Assembly: GCF_009834535.1 (NCBI RefSeq)
Contig: NC_045696.1
Coordinates: 5,644,001-5,708,000 of the forward strand
DNA: 64,000 bases
Source: Camelus ferus
Lineage: Eukaryota
Direction: 5' to 3'
This document shows, piece by piece, positions 24,003-37,435 of this stretch. The notes under the pieces are model-generated. The model ran no database searches and had not been told where the DNA came from. It saw nothing but the letters and a program-made list of their open reading frames with translations. Positions within the stretch are counted from its first letter, which is position 1. Each line of letters opens with the position of its first letter. The position numbers and the translations under genes are program-made.

Positions 24003-27000
24003 ATGAATCAGTGTAGATCCAGTTAAGGTAGTAAACAAAGCTCATCTCAAAATGTATTAGTTTCTTTTTGCTGCTGTAATAATGTACAACAAACTTGGCG
24101 GCTTAAAAGTACCCAAATTTATTGTTGTACAATTCTGGAGGTCTGAAGTCCATATAGACCAGCCTTTCACTTGGCTAAGAACAAGGTGCAGCAGGACTGT
24201 GATGCTTCTGGAGGCTCTGTGGGAGAGTTCATTCTCTTGCTTTTTATAGCATGTAGAGGTTGCCTGCCCTTATCTTGTGACCCTCTTCCATCTTCAAAGC
24301 CAGCAATCATGCCACTCTGACTTCTGCTTCCATTGTCACATCTTCTCTGACCCTCCTGTGTCCCTCTTTCACTCTATAAGACTCCTTACGGTTACACTGG
24401 ATCCATATGGATAAGCTAGGATAATCTCCCCATTTAAAAATATTTAGCTTAATCACATCTACAAAGTCCCTTTGCCACATAAAGTAACATATTCATAGGT
24501 TCTGGAGAATAGAATGTGGACAATTTGGTCGGGGAGGGTGCAGGGGAAACCATTATTCTGAATACTTTAAGACCATAATCATTGTGAAAAAGAACCAAGA
24601 TGATAGCAAGAGCAGCTTCACACAGAAGAACCCAGTTTATTCATGAACTTGGTGTTGAAGTATCAGAGCGAGACAATGAGCTTTCAGGCACCACTGAGGA
24701 AATAATCAGAAGCACTACAACAGCTGTTAGATGAGTCAAGGCACATGCCTCAGCTCAGCCTCAGCTGAGAAATAGGAAGCTTGGCGCCCACACCAGAGAC
24801 TGAGGAGCCCCTAAAGAAAGTTATCATGGAGATTTGTGTGTTAACATGTCTAAACACTTGACATGAACAAGATAGAAGTCAAATTTTGAGATCTGTGAGT
24901 TGAACAAATCCAGTGAGGAGTATTGATTTCACCTGGAAATCAGCATAAATCATGAAAAAAAAACTGGATTTGAAATCCTGATCAACATACAGGCATTCAA
25001 CAGTCAGATGCCAGCAGAGATGATACTAAAATAGGCATCAAAGATCAAATAGTCCTCAGGGTAGGCAAACAAGAACCCAAGCCTCAGTGATTCCCGATGG
25101 CAATAGAACATTCCAAAGACTAGATTTAAAGGTGGTTCAAAACAGCAAAATTCAGTAGAAGAATCCTTCCGAACATTTGGAAGACTAGAAATGGAACTGG
25201 GGGTAGATCAGTAAGCAGTTCCCAGACGTCCCACATGCTGATTTGAGTGGTCAGACAAACCAATCAGGTAGTAGTGAATTCAGCTGAAAGGAGGGACAAC
25301 AATTTAGAGTAGCACGTTTGGAAAAAATAGTGCTAGAATTAATACTACAGTGAGAAATACAGTCCAAAGACTATAGCCAATAAGGTTATGGTCCACCTTC
25401 AGTAACCAAAGCTGTTCACAAACAGAGTGTCAGTGTTTATTCTGAGGAATGTAATTCACAAAGGGAAGGTAGATCTTTACACGAACTTCAGAAAGTCTGT
25501 TAGGAGAAGAGGCATAACTCTCACTTTTTAGAGGCAGATAAGAGTACCCCACTCTTTAATTCAAGACTTGAGTCAAGTATATCAGCAGAAAAAAGAAAAA
25601 GAATCTAGCAAGTCACAGCTGCTGCCAACACCATGCAAGTCTCAGAGAAGATGTCAAGTTAAAAAAGAAAAAAAGAAAGAAAGGAAAAAGCATCCATCCC
25701 ATGGAAGATAAAGACTGGGACAGTGTTACAAATGGATTTCAGCCCAGAGCAAGACTGGCAGAAAATAGAAACACCACTGGGGGCTTTCGTCAAAGCATTT
25801 CTTGTTCAGAACAGACAGATCTTGGAACCTCTGACAGAATATAACAATCCCTCTTCATGGGACTTCAGGGGATGGGTTTAGCAAGCTCTGTATCAGTGGC
25901 TTTTATGTCAATTTTAAACCAATCATGACTGAGACTGCAGAAATGAATTCTCTAACAGAAACCAAGTCTCGGTCAGAGACTCAGGAATGTCAGCAGGGAC
26001 CAGAGACGCGCCGAGAATTGAAGGGCAGGGTCAGTGACTGACGGCTGCCCACACGAGGCAGATTCTTCTCAAGACAGGCACACCCAGGAGGCAACACTGA
26101 GATGCAAGGTGAAAACGAGATCGCCTCAACTATTCCCAAACCAGGGAAAACAGGGCATAAAGAGAAGAAACACGTCAGCGGGAACTGAATGTACCTACTC
26201 TGAGCTTTGCCCACTTGGTTTTACTAAATGAAAATGATGATGATGATCACATACAGGGCTGGCTTAGAGAGCAAACTGACAAGTCTTTCCACCAGGAACT
26301 AGGGGTACATCAATATTCAGAGTAAATTAAGTAAAATCTGTGGTGTTTGTCTCAGTAACTTAGTACAAACTAAAAACAAATTTTGTAGCAGTCGTATTGC
26401 CCAGTGGCTGTCAGAGGCCTGGACTTGTCTACATGTTAGCAGCCTGTTTTAGGGTCTAAGATAGCTAACGATGAGTGAAGTTATGAGGATCTCTTAGAAA
26501 ATTGCTTTTCAGTGTAGCTCAATATTCAAACATTCATGTGTGTGTGTGTGTGTGTGTGTTGGGGGAAGCTAATCAGAAAGAAAATATAACAGATTGTAAT
26601 TTGAGCTATTTTGCTGTTTTTCTTAACTTGTTAAACTTGTTCTACTTGTTTTAAAAAAAAGCATTTATGCAAAAGTTTGAAATGCAAATGTTAAATTGTC
26701 TTTAAAGGCAACAAGATTCCTATTGCTAGTCGATGATGGAACAACATTGTGAATGTACAAATGCCACTGGATTGTGTGCTTTAAAATGGTTAATTGCATG
26801 TTATGTGAATTTCATGTCAATTTTAGAAAAATATCGCTAGAACCAAATAACCTTTAAAATGTTTTTATTTCAGTCTCTTTGTTTTGCTAATTTGCCCTTC
26901 TGAATAGGCAAATTTCAGTAGGTTAAAAATTAATCTTCTTGTTATTAGTGCAATAAACTTCATTTCGACCTCAAATTTTCACAGGTTTTGTGCTATGTCC

Positions 27001-27030
27001 AGAAATTTGTCTGTAAATAAAACTGTCATT
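24003..27030 (+). pseudogene. RNF6: Processed pseudogene of RNF6 (RING E3 ligase); likely ortholog of human RNF6P1. Coding remnant 24003..26478 plus 3'UTR-like sequence
   Basis: Collinear, intronless, frameshifted fragments resemble RNF6 as I recall it: MNQCRS (24003), DHNHCEKEPR**QEQLHTEE and QFIHEL (~24570-24650), DSSQDRHTQ (~26060), FAHLVLLNENDDDDHIQG (~26206), KICGVCLS...QWLSE...QPVLGSKIANDE* (TGA 26476-26478). AATAAA at 27016-27021. Many stop codons. Confidence 0.88.
24053..24567 (-). mobile_element. MLT1 (MaLR, MLT1C-like) LTR inserted into the RNF6 pseudogene
   Basis: tgtattagtttc...gctgctgtaa...ttctggaggtctgaagtc...cttaatcacatctacaaagtccctttgccacataaagtaacatattcatagg. Confidence 0.8.
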
Positions 27031-27148
27031 AGCTCTTTCTTTTTAAAAAAAATTTTTAAAACAATTCCAACCCGAGAAGATTTGCAAAAAATAAAAATAG
27101 TATAAGAACACCCAATACCCTTTTTTTACATTAACCTACTTTTTTATT

Positions 27149-27222
27149 TGGAGGTACTGGGGATTGAACCCAGGACCTCATGCATGCTAAGCATGCGCCC
27201 CACCACCGAGCATATACACCCA
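27149..27222 (-). mobile_element. tRNA-derived SINE (Vic-1-like)
   Basis: ggaggtactggggattgaacccaggacctcatgcatgctaagc. Confidence 0.85.
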
Positions 27223-27589
27223 GCCACGCCCATACTCACCTACTTTAACCTTAACATTTTAGCTGATTTGCTTTATCATGTGCTTTATCTTTTTCAGTAT
27301 GTCACTGAGAATATTCCCTTGTATAATCACAGTACATTTATCAGCTTCAGTGAAGTTAACATTGATCCAATACTTTTATCTAATTTGCCAATTATGTTCC
27401 AGTTTTGTCAGTTGACTGAATAATGTCCTTTGTAACATTTTCCCTCCAGTACAAGATCTAGACCAGGGTCAGCCGTTACATTTAATTAACATGTCTCTTT
27501 GGCCTCCTTTAATCTGGAACATTTCCATAGCCTTGTTTCATCTTTTATTACATTGACATTTTGGAAAGATTTGAGTCCATTTCCTCTAC

Positions 27590-28275
27590 ATCCTCGCCAA
27601 TACTTGGCATGAGCAATCTTCTAAATCTGTCATTCTAATCTGTGGGTAGTGGTATCTTATTGTAGTTTTTTGGGGTTTGTTTGTTTTTGTTGTATTTGTA
27701 TTTCTTTAATGACTGCTGATATTGAGCAGGTTTTCATGTGCTTATTTGTCATTCTTACATCTTCCTGGATGAAGGATCTATTCAACTCTTTTGCCCCCTT
27801 TTTTACAGAGTTTATTTTCTTATTTTAGTACAGAGTTTTCAGTTCATTCTGGATACAAGCCCTTTATCTGGTATATCCTTTACAAATATTTTCTCCCAGT
27901 CTGTGGCTTTTATTTTCATTCTCTTAAAAGTATCTTTTGAGATACAAATTTTATTTACAAACCAGAAATAGACTCATGGGCATAGAAATCAACTATGGTT
28001 ACCAAAAGGGAAAGGGGGAGAGAAATTAGGAGTTGGGATTAACATATATACACTACTATATATAAAACAGGTCAACAAATCAATAGAAGGACTTACTGTA
28101 TAGCACAGGGAACTATATTTAATTTCTTGTAATAGCTCTAACGGAAAAGAATCTGAAAACATGTATATATATGTGTGTATATACATATGTATGTGTATGT
28201 ATAACTGCAACACTTTGCTGTACACCTGAAACTGACATTGTGAATCAACTACACTTCAATAAAAAATAAATTTTT
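27590..28275. mobile_element. L1 fragments: minus-strand ORF2 piece (~27590-27940) and plus-strand 3' end with A tail (~27945-28275)
   Basis: attttctcccagtctgtggc; actgtatagcacagggaactatatt...cttcaataaaaaa. Confidence 0.8.
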
Positions 28276-28529
28276 TTATAAACATGTCTTTTGAGGAGCA
28301 GAAGATTTTAAACTATAATAACAGAGAAAGTTGAACTGCCTGGGGCTGAGGCTGTGATCAAGATTGGCTGAGAATGGACAGGAGAGATTTTTGCCAGGTG
28401 ATTTACATGTTCTAAAACTTGTGGTGATAATTGCACAACTACACAGATTTACTAAGAATCGTTGAGTTTTACACTTAAAGCAGGTGAGTTTTATGTGATT
28501 TTTTTTTTAAACCACAGTTTAAAAAATCT

Positions 28530-28660
28530 GGGGGGAGGGTACAGCTCAGTGGTAGAGAGTGTCCCTAGCACTGGTTCAGTCCCCAGTACCTCCATTAAAA
28601 TAAATGAATAAATAAAAACCTAATTACCTCCCCCTAAAATTAAAAAAGAAAAAAGGAAAA
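28530..28660 (+). mobile_element. tRNA-derived SINE (Vic-1-like) with a small internal deletion
   Basis: gggtacagctcagtggtagag...ggttcagtccccagtacctccatt. Confidence 0.85.
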
Positions 28661-30308
28661 AATTTTTTTAATTTTAAAAAATTGTAGGTATTAAAGGCTT
28701 CTGTATCTCAGACACTTTACTAACTGCTGGCTGCAATTTGGTGAGGAACCAAAAGTCCCAGTCTGTTCCCCTGGGGCCTAACTAAGCAAATACCTGTAAG
28801 CACTGTAACGGCCAGGATACAGAGTTTTCAGGAGGGACACAAAGGTTTACCTAAGTAGCTGCCTATGTCCTTGTTCCAAGGTTGGATGACAGGTTTATGG
28901 GCACTCATTAGATTGTTAGTAAATAATATAAAATAAAAGAGGGTTATGGATGAAATAATAATGGTATGTGCACCTTTTAAAACTTTTTTTTCAAAAATGT
29001 ACAACAGGATGCTACTCAATAAGAGGGATCTGATCTAAAGTGGGGTTGGAGCATGAAAGGACTAACGAGGGACTTCCTCGATTACATTCTTTTTATTTCA
29101 CGCCACTGGATTGATTAATGGGTCTGTGTTAGAAATTTTCAGAACAAAAAGAGAAAAATACAGCCTTCTGACCCCCCTGCCTCCCCCCACAACCGTGAAC
29201 TCACCAGCACTACACCAGAAGAGGCAGTTCTCTGTTCCCTTAGGTTCGGTGAGAGATGAGAAAGGTGAAACTCTCCACATCAACTTTCATCAAGACCAGA
29301 AGGGTGTGCAAGACAGGCATACAAGTAAATTCGACTCATCTACAAGTCTCAGTCTCTCACCCCACTTAGGGCTGTTGATGGCGAGAATAACATTGCTGGC
29401 CCAGCTTACAGGACAGGCACCTTTTGGTGATGAGAAAGCTTCTTTTTAGATCAAACCTAAATTTATGGTATTTCATACAGAGTGGTAGGCTGAGCTGATT
29501 ACACAGCCCAGTACCACTGAAAGGAGCAAAGAGCACTTTACGACGTGCAAATATGATCAGTGCTAGCAGCAGGAAGGTGATGCCAAACGACGTGACCATG
29601 TAGACCGTAAGTCACAAGACAACTTAATTACACTCAGGCTCAATAAGCAGGAAAAATACCCAAGACTCGCTGACCAGCCTGTATCTGGTTTCTCTGCCTG
29701 GCAAGGAAAAGAAGTCATTCAGATGGGAATCGCATTCTATGATTTCTCTCTCTCTCATATGATTTCTGTGTCACTTAACTGTAATGAAATGTCACCTTAT
29801 GATCCCTCTCTTCCCATTTTTTCCTTAATGAAAATTACACCAAAGGGCACACTTCATCAATTACAAATCATCAGTTACAATCTGAGAAAGGATTCAGAAA
29901 GAAATCTTTCTTTTTTATTTGAAAAATGTAAAAGGAGCATTAAGTAAACATTTTTTTCCTGTTTTTAATTGTTATTCCGGCCAACACTCTACACCACAGA
30001 CGTGGAGCAACATCTCACCAAACCTGAGACAGCTTCCTCCTGTAGCTTTGTGAATGGGGCCTCCCTCAAACCATGTCAGCTGAACACATCTATACCACTG
30101 CCTACACTTTGAGAGCTCACACAAGCCAGGGAAACCTTGAACTCACATATGATTTCAAGAATCAGGGAGAAGAAGTGCCCCTTAACAATGCGGTAGACTG
30201 TTTCCGCTCAAGCCTTAAATATCATGAAGTGGTTGCCCATTTGAGGGAGTGGTTCTCTTTTGAAGTCACAGAAGCTGAGGGATTTGGAATAGAGGCAGGG
30301 AGCATTCC

Positions 30309-30666
30309 TGCTATAGACTGAATGTTTGTCTTTCCCCCAAATTCAAAAGTTGAAACCTAACCGCCAACGTGATGGTTTTGGAGGTGGGGACTTGGGAGGT
30401 GATTAGGTCACGGGAGTGGAGCCCTCCTGAACGGGATTAGTGTCCTTATATAAAGGACCCTAGAGAGCTGCCTTCCCTCCACTGCCTGGTGAGGACACAG
30501 CTAGAAGACAGCAGTCTATGAGCCAGGAAGTGGGTTCTCACCAGACACTGAATCTGCCAGTGCCTTGATCTTGGACTTTCCAGCCTCCAGAATGGTGAGA
30601 AATACATTTCTGTTGTTTATAAGCCACCCAATCTATGGCATTTTTTTATAGCAGCAAATTAAGGCA
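30309..30666 (+). mobile_element. MLT1A-type MaLR solo LTR
   Basis: tgctatagactgaatgtttgtc...gccttgatcttggactttccagcctccagaa...ttatagcagc. Confidence 0.85.
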
Positions 30667-33600
30667 TTTCCTTTCCATAATTGGGAAGCCAAACCTCACT
30701 GTGAGCAGGAAAGAATAATATGACCAACTTCCAGCTGGCTTAGTGCTCTTTCTAAAATAACAATCAGTACTATGGACTGCTGGAAGGGAAAGCGTGTAAC
30801 AATAGTAATTCCAATGACCTTATCTAATAACAATTATTTGTATAGTCATGTATCCATGAAGTTTGCAAGCAGGCTAGAAATCTACACGATATGGTAAGTT
30901 CTATGACTATTGGTCATCTTCGGGCTCTTTCTTCGTGTTCAGACATTTCTGGCCAACTCGTCAGCCTTGTCGTCCTCGAGAGCTCCTGGATCAGGGCCTG
31001 TACCTTTGCTCTCATCTGCATCCCTTGCATGTCGTCCTTGCAGCAGCTAAGATACCCAGCAGCGCAGTGAACAGCAGGCATTCAAGTGTTCTGACCATCA
31101 TCTCACTTCGTACCTTTCCTTGCTCACAGGCTCACTGCACACCTGCCCCAGTTGATCTTCCGTATTTACCACGTGGACAAACTGACCCAGAGACTGGGCT
31201 TCCTGGGACACAGCACAGCACAGCACAGTGGGGTCTAGGGCCCTTTCCACTTCTTCCCTTCCCTTCTACTCTCTAACTTGAGTCTGGTTTCCTCCCTACC
31301 ACACAATGAAATCGCTCCATCAGTACAGGTGGGGACACCCTTAGTCGTCAGTGTAGCAGACACTTTCCAATCCCTATTTGATGATCCATATGCCTGTGGT
31401 TTCAACCCTTACAGCACGTCTCTCCTTTCATCCATGTCCTTTCCCAAAGCTCCAGGCCTGTAGACCCAACTGCCTGGGATGTTCCCCAAACACCCCAGAC
31501 TCAGTCTGTCAGCACCAAACCCACTGGCTTCCCCTCATACCCATGTCCCTAACCTGGTGAATGGCTCCTGACCCACACAGCCTACTGAACGTAGATGATT
31601 ATCAGCCCCTTTCCTTCTTTGTCCTTCCTCACAGAGCCCTTACTTTGTCCAGGCACACACTCCCTCCACACCTGGCCCTCCTCCCAACTCCAGGGGTGGG
31701 CCTGATTTGGTCTGAGGGCCTCCCATCCCCCTGGCATGTGACCCAATTCTGACCAATAAGTAAAGGCTGTCAACCGAGGACTTCTGGGAAAAGAGACAGT
31801 TCCTTCCTGGATGCTATAAATGTGGATGTGACTCTGAAATTGCAATTCCAGACTGAGGATGAAGCCGACTCAGAAGGAGGCACAACAAAAGACAGGAAAG
31901 AAGCTGAGACTGTGCTAACACGCCGAGCCGCCGAATCCCCCGATCGGGGACAGTCCGTGATGGGAGATAATCCATTTTCCTACTGTTTATGCTGATTTGG
32001 GGTTTTGTTGCTCCTAGACGGAAGTCTCTCTCCTCTCCCTCACACCCAATCCCCTTAAGAATCCTGCCAGTTCCCTCCACTAAAATACACCCCCAATCCC
32101 TCCCTCCACTCACCTCCATCCCCACAGCCAGCATCCTGGTCATTCATTGCCTAGACAACTTTAAATGTCTCATCTGGTCTCCTGAGCCTCCTCCCAGCAG
32201 CTCAACTTCACATCCCGACCTCTCAGCCTGATGTCGACTTCGAGGTCAGATCGGTGACATCTGTTCCCCACTTCAACCCCTGGTGGCTCCGCCACTGCCC
32301 TCACATCCGGCCACTGCTTCCCTCCCTGACCACCGCATGTGCCCTCCCTCAGGTACACCAAGGTTGATCCTACCTCAGGACCTTTGTTTCCTCTGTCCAG
32401 AGGCTTCTCCTTCAGATCCCCCAAAGGCCCAGCTCACCTTAGCCTTCACATCTCTTCTCAGAGACCCGCCCTGACTATATCGCCCATGGCAGCCCCATCA
32501 GGGTGCCTCCAGCATCCTCCATGTTGTGACACTTTTCCCTCAAGGCACTGTCACCACGTGAAAGACCCTTGTGGCCTTCTTTATTGTGCTCCCACCAGAA
32601 CGAGAGCCCCAGGAGGCCAGGCAGCTGAATCCCCGCGCTCACCACCGTATCCCCAGCGTCTAGGGCGGCACCTGGTACCGGGGAGGCACAGGCAGGCAGC
32701 CTGTGGCCTATTGCTGATTCCACCGCCTCGATTTCCCTCAGAACCTTGTCTATCACCACCAGCCCTCCCCCACGTTACGCTTGAAACTCTTCTCTCTAGA
32801 ATTCCTTCTAGAAGCACCTCTTTCCCAGTCAACCAGCCTGAATCAATGCATGCTTTTCCAAAGGGGGGGCACGTGGGCCCCAGGGGGGAGTGGTGGTGAG
32901 GATACTTCCGTGAATGAATATACACAAGGATCCTGTGGGTTCTTGGGGAATTTTTTAAATTTTGTGCATTCCTGTGATCATTCAACATTCCGGATCACCC
33001 AGCAGAGTCCCACCTTTAGCCAAGCACTGCCTATGTTTTTGTGACTGTGTTGGCTGTGTGTTTAGGTTTGGCACCAAGCAGGACCAGCTTTCCAGTTTTA
33101 CAGGTAATTATAAAAGCATAGAGATGATTTAATTTATAGTGTATCTTTATCATATGAAACCGAAGTCACACCACAGAGGGCTGAATGGATGATGGCTTTA
33201 TACACATAAAGGGCCAGAACTATCTCCACAGGTATCACATGCGCCGTGCACCATATCGTGTAGCCATTTGCTTTTAGCAAAATCCATTCCTCATGTTAAT
33301 GTTGTTGGTTTAAATTTTATTGGTTTTGCAGAGATTTCTGGATTCAAAGTTAATTTTAGCTCTAGAGTTGTTTAAAACCTCTAAGCGTTAAACATTTTAA
33401 CCTTACTTTAAGTGTTCAGAGATGTAAGTGAACTTTATAATAAAAATAACTGAAGTCACTACTGGGGTCTGCAAGGACATTTTGTTATTTTATACAATGT
33501 GCCACATAACATGCACGTGCGTGGTTATTCGTGGCAGCATCCTTTGTGGGAACAAAAGACTGGACGCAATTTGAAAAGTTCGAGAATTGAGAGAGAATTG

Positions 33601-34810
33601 GTTTTAAAGCATTTGGTTCATCTACATGGTGAGCTACAATGCAGCAATAAAAAGGAGGAGGAACCTTAAGTACTAACAGGAAACAAACTCCATTAAGTGA
33701 AAAATCCAAGAGCGCAAAAAATAAGGGGGAAAGATAGAAAGAAAGAAAGAACATACATACACACATTTGCTTATATGAGCATAAGAGATTTTGGAAAGAT
33801 ACACAAGAAGCAGCAGCACTGGTTTCTCCTTGAGAGAGCTGGGTATCTGGAGGGACAGAAGTGGAACAGAGACTTCTCTGGAAATCATTCTGTACTTTTG
33901 GAATTCAGAACCACATAAATCTGTTCCAAAAATAAATGGAAAGGTGGCATCTCTCATTACCCACGCTCATATACAGGCATCTCAAACTAAAATGCTTTCA
34001 GAGGCTAGGCAGAGGATACAGGTGAGAGAACTCAGCAGGGCCGGCACCCTGGCACCCTGGCACCCTGGAGAAAGGATGCCTCATTACAAGTTACCAGGTC
34101 AAGAGCAGCCTGTGGAATGCACACACAAAGGAGACCAGGAGAAGGTGAAGAGCTGAATGTGTGTGTGAAATCATCTGATGTTGATATGTTGCCAAAAAGT
34201 GAAACTTTAAAACTTTACTGCTGATATACATCCAGAAGTGTATACATAAGTGCACAGCTCAATTAATATTCACACAGTGAACACAACAGTGCAAGCAACA
34301 GTCAGATCAAGAAATAGACGGCCAGCCCCCTAAAGTCCTCTACTGCTCTCTTCCGTCTCTAGCTACCTACCCACCCCCACTACTACCCTGACTGTTGACA
34401 GAGTGGGTTCATTCTACCTGCCTTTGAACAGCGTATGAATAGGATCACCCGGTATTGCGGTCCGGCATCGTTCTCTCAACACTGTGCTAGTGAGATTCAC
34501 TCACATCCTGTGCGGAGCTGCGAACAGCTGTTTCTCATTTTTGATAGTCTTCCATTTATTCATCTGTTCTCCTGTGGGTGGGCATTTAGGTTGCTGCCAG
34601 TCTGGGCCTCCAGAAATCAGTCAGCTATGAATATTCTCCTTCATGTCACCTGGTGAGCAGAGGGAAGCATTTTTGTTGGGTATGTTTCTAGAGTGGAGTT
34701 ACTGAGTCACAGGATCTGTTTAGATTTAAAAGATACTAACAAACAGTTTTCCTACTGTGTTCCAATTGCTCCACGTGCTTGTGATGACAACTTTTAAAAA
34801 GCCTTGGTGG

Positions 34811-34890
34811 GTGGGGGGGATATAGGTCAGTGGTAGAGCACATGCTTGGCATGCAGGAGGTCCTGGGTTCAATCCCCAGTGCCTCTGTTA
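34811..34890 (+). mobile_element. tRNA-derived SINE (Vic-1-like)
   Basis: tataggtcagtggtagagcacatgc...gggttcaatccccag. Confidence 0.85.
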
Positions 34891-37420
34891 AGGGGGAAAT
34901 TTTTTTAATTAAAAAGAAACTTGACCAAAGCAAACACCTGTAGGCCACCAATTCATCACCTTTGACCTAGTGCATCTCCAGTTCTCATGAGAGAGAGATC
35001 TTTATGAAGAAAGTTCAGATCTCAGCACATCATTCCTTTGATTTAATACCCTGCAATGTCTCCCACTCCTTGGGTAATGGCCAAACTCCTTAGCTTGACA
35101 TCAAATGCTTTCTGCAGGCCGGCCTTCTTTTTTCTGCCTCTTTTCTCTAATCTTCTCTGTCCACTGTCCACGTGTCCATCCCTGCCACTCTGAAGGCCCT
35201 GGAGGGCCATCAGGTTCCACAAAGTCTGCATGCCTGAGAATGGGCTATTTCCCTGCCTGTGGCTTCCCCTTTCCCCTATTAGGCCAGGCCAATTTGTGTA
35301 CTTGATCTCTCCACTAAACTACCCTCCCAAGCCCATGGGATAGTGTTCTGTCTGCAGTCTCTCTATCCCAGGACTTATCACAACATCCGGCACATGACAG
35401 GTGCTCAGGACATGTTTGTGACACAAACTCAGGGACTCTGATGTTAATTTTTTTTTTTTTAATGCAGATAGGAGAGGGGAAAAAAAGAGACAAAAGGAGA
35501 AATTTTCATCTTATCCTACTCCAATTGTTCTCCCCAGAGGCAACCCCTGGGGACACGTTCTTGTGCATCCTCCTTTAGATACACAATGAATGTACAACTT
35601 CATATTCAATACAGCTATTTAGTCAATAGATGCTATGGAGAACATAAAGCAGAGAACTGGAGATGGCGAGTTGCAGTCCCAAACTGAAAGGTCAGGAAAG
35701 GCATCAATGAGGTGACATTTCTGCAAAGACCCTAAGGAGTCGAGGAAGAGAGCTGCACTGGTCTGAAGCAACCCAGGAAGCAGCTCAGGCCGAGGGAATA
35801 GCAGGTGATGAGGCCCCAAGCAGGGCTGCCCGGCCTATTTGTGGCAAGGAAGGTGAAACAGGGTGGCCAGCAGTGAAAACCGTTTGATGGGTGCAAGACT
35901 GCAGAGGACTTTATAAACCACTCTAAGGACTCAAGACTTACTTGAATAAGGGAAGGCACTAGAGTTCCTGATCGGGAGCTACAGAGGCTGACTAGCGGTT
36001 TTCAGAATTCACTTCTTTGGTCAAGAGCAGACTCATTATTTTTCGCAGTAGCTCAGTACTCCACTATGTGAAGGTGCCATCGTTTACCTGGGCCTTTCAA
36101 ATGATGGACATTTGGTCTGTTTCCAATCTTTCGGACTCAAAGTACTCCAATGTTTCCTCCTTTCCATGAATTCCAGCTGACAATTTTCTGATCAAAACCT
36201 TTTTCTACAGTAACCCAACTCAATCTGTTCGTTTAAACAGGACATTTCTTCTTCATTAAAGAAACAACGTGATCTCACTGGTTCCGGGATTCCCAGCTCA
36301 GACCCCTAGCCTGAAGCTCTTTTTCCACTTCAGAAAGGTGCCCAGGTGAGCAAGTGGTTTAAAAAAATGGCCAGGAGCCCGATGGCCGTGCTTCCCATTT
36401 CACTTCTGCGAGGAGGGGTCGGCCGGGCCAAGGGCCTGAGAGTGTGTCCACGTCCTGGGACCAGGACTTAGGAGCCCACTAGCCTTCCGAGACAAACCGC
36501 TAGCCAACCCTGCTCCTCCAGGAACGCGTAACCTAAAAGAAGCTACACGGAAAGAGTGGACGCGGAACAACCTAGCAGAGTTGCCGGGTCGCCAGTCACG
36601 GACGTCGCAAAGACCCGCGCCTGCGCAGTGGCGCCCCGCGCGTGCCCGCGCCTGCCTTCCTTCCCACGACTTCCCCTCCGGCGCCTGCGCGCTAGGACCC
36701 ACTCGCCGCAGGCCCGCGTAGCTGGAGACCTATTAGATAGCCTTTCTTACCAACTGAGATGGGACGAACTGGTTCGTACTTGAACCTGTTGTCTCTCCCT
36801 TCCCAGTCTATGAGACTAACTACAAACCTTTTAACCCAGTTCACCCTAGAAGGGAGACACTGGACCCTCGGGGCTTTAAGGGCGCTGGCGGGCACCCAGG
36901 TATCCAGGAGGGTTGTGGGCGGGATCACTCGGAGACCACGTGGAGAGCCTCCGCCAGTAGGAGCGCAGACCGCACTTTGCGGCTCGGCTTCAAATAAACT
37001 ACCGTGAGGCCAGAGCGGCCTGTGGGGCCCCGCCCCCTTGCCTGGGTCTGGGGCCCCGCGAGACGGCGGGCGGGGTGGGGGCGCCGAGAGCGGGGGCGGG
37101 GCGCAGTGGTCGAGTGACGGCCCGCCTCACCTATTCGGGGCGCGGGCCGCGGCGCGGTGGGCCCCGCAGCCAATGGACGGGGGTGGGGGCGGGGGGCGGC
37201 CTCGGCTGGCGGGGAGGGGGAGCCCGCGGCTGGGGGACGCGGGGGGAGGAGGGGGCGGGCTCCCAATCCGGTTCCATCCGGTTCTCCCACCGCCCCCGCC
37301 GCGGGTCCCAGCAGCTCGGGCGGCGGGAGGAGCGGCAGCGGCCAGGCAGCCCAGCTTCGCGAAGGCTCTCGGCGCGCCGCGGCCCGCAGGCACCCGGCAC
37401 GCGCCCGCCCCGCCGCCACG

Positions 37421-37435
37421 ATGCCCAAGAGGAAG
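37421..37435 (+). CDS. HMGN1: HMGN1 exon 1 coding part (MPKRK)
   Basis: gccgccacgATG context; AAG|gtgagc. Confidence 0.95.

Noticed and set aside
32339..32988. 186-aa and 135-aa ORFs
   Set aside because: Overlap old L2-like sequence; no homology, splice context or promoter context
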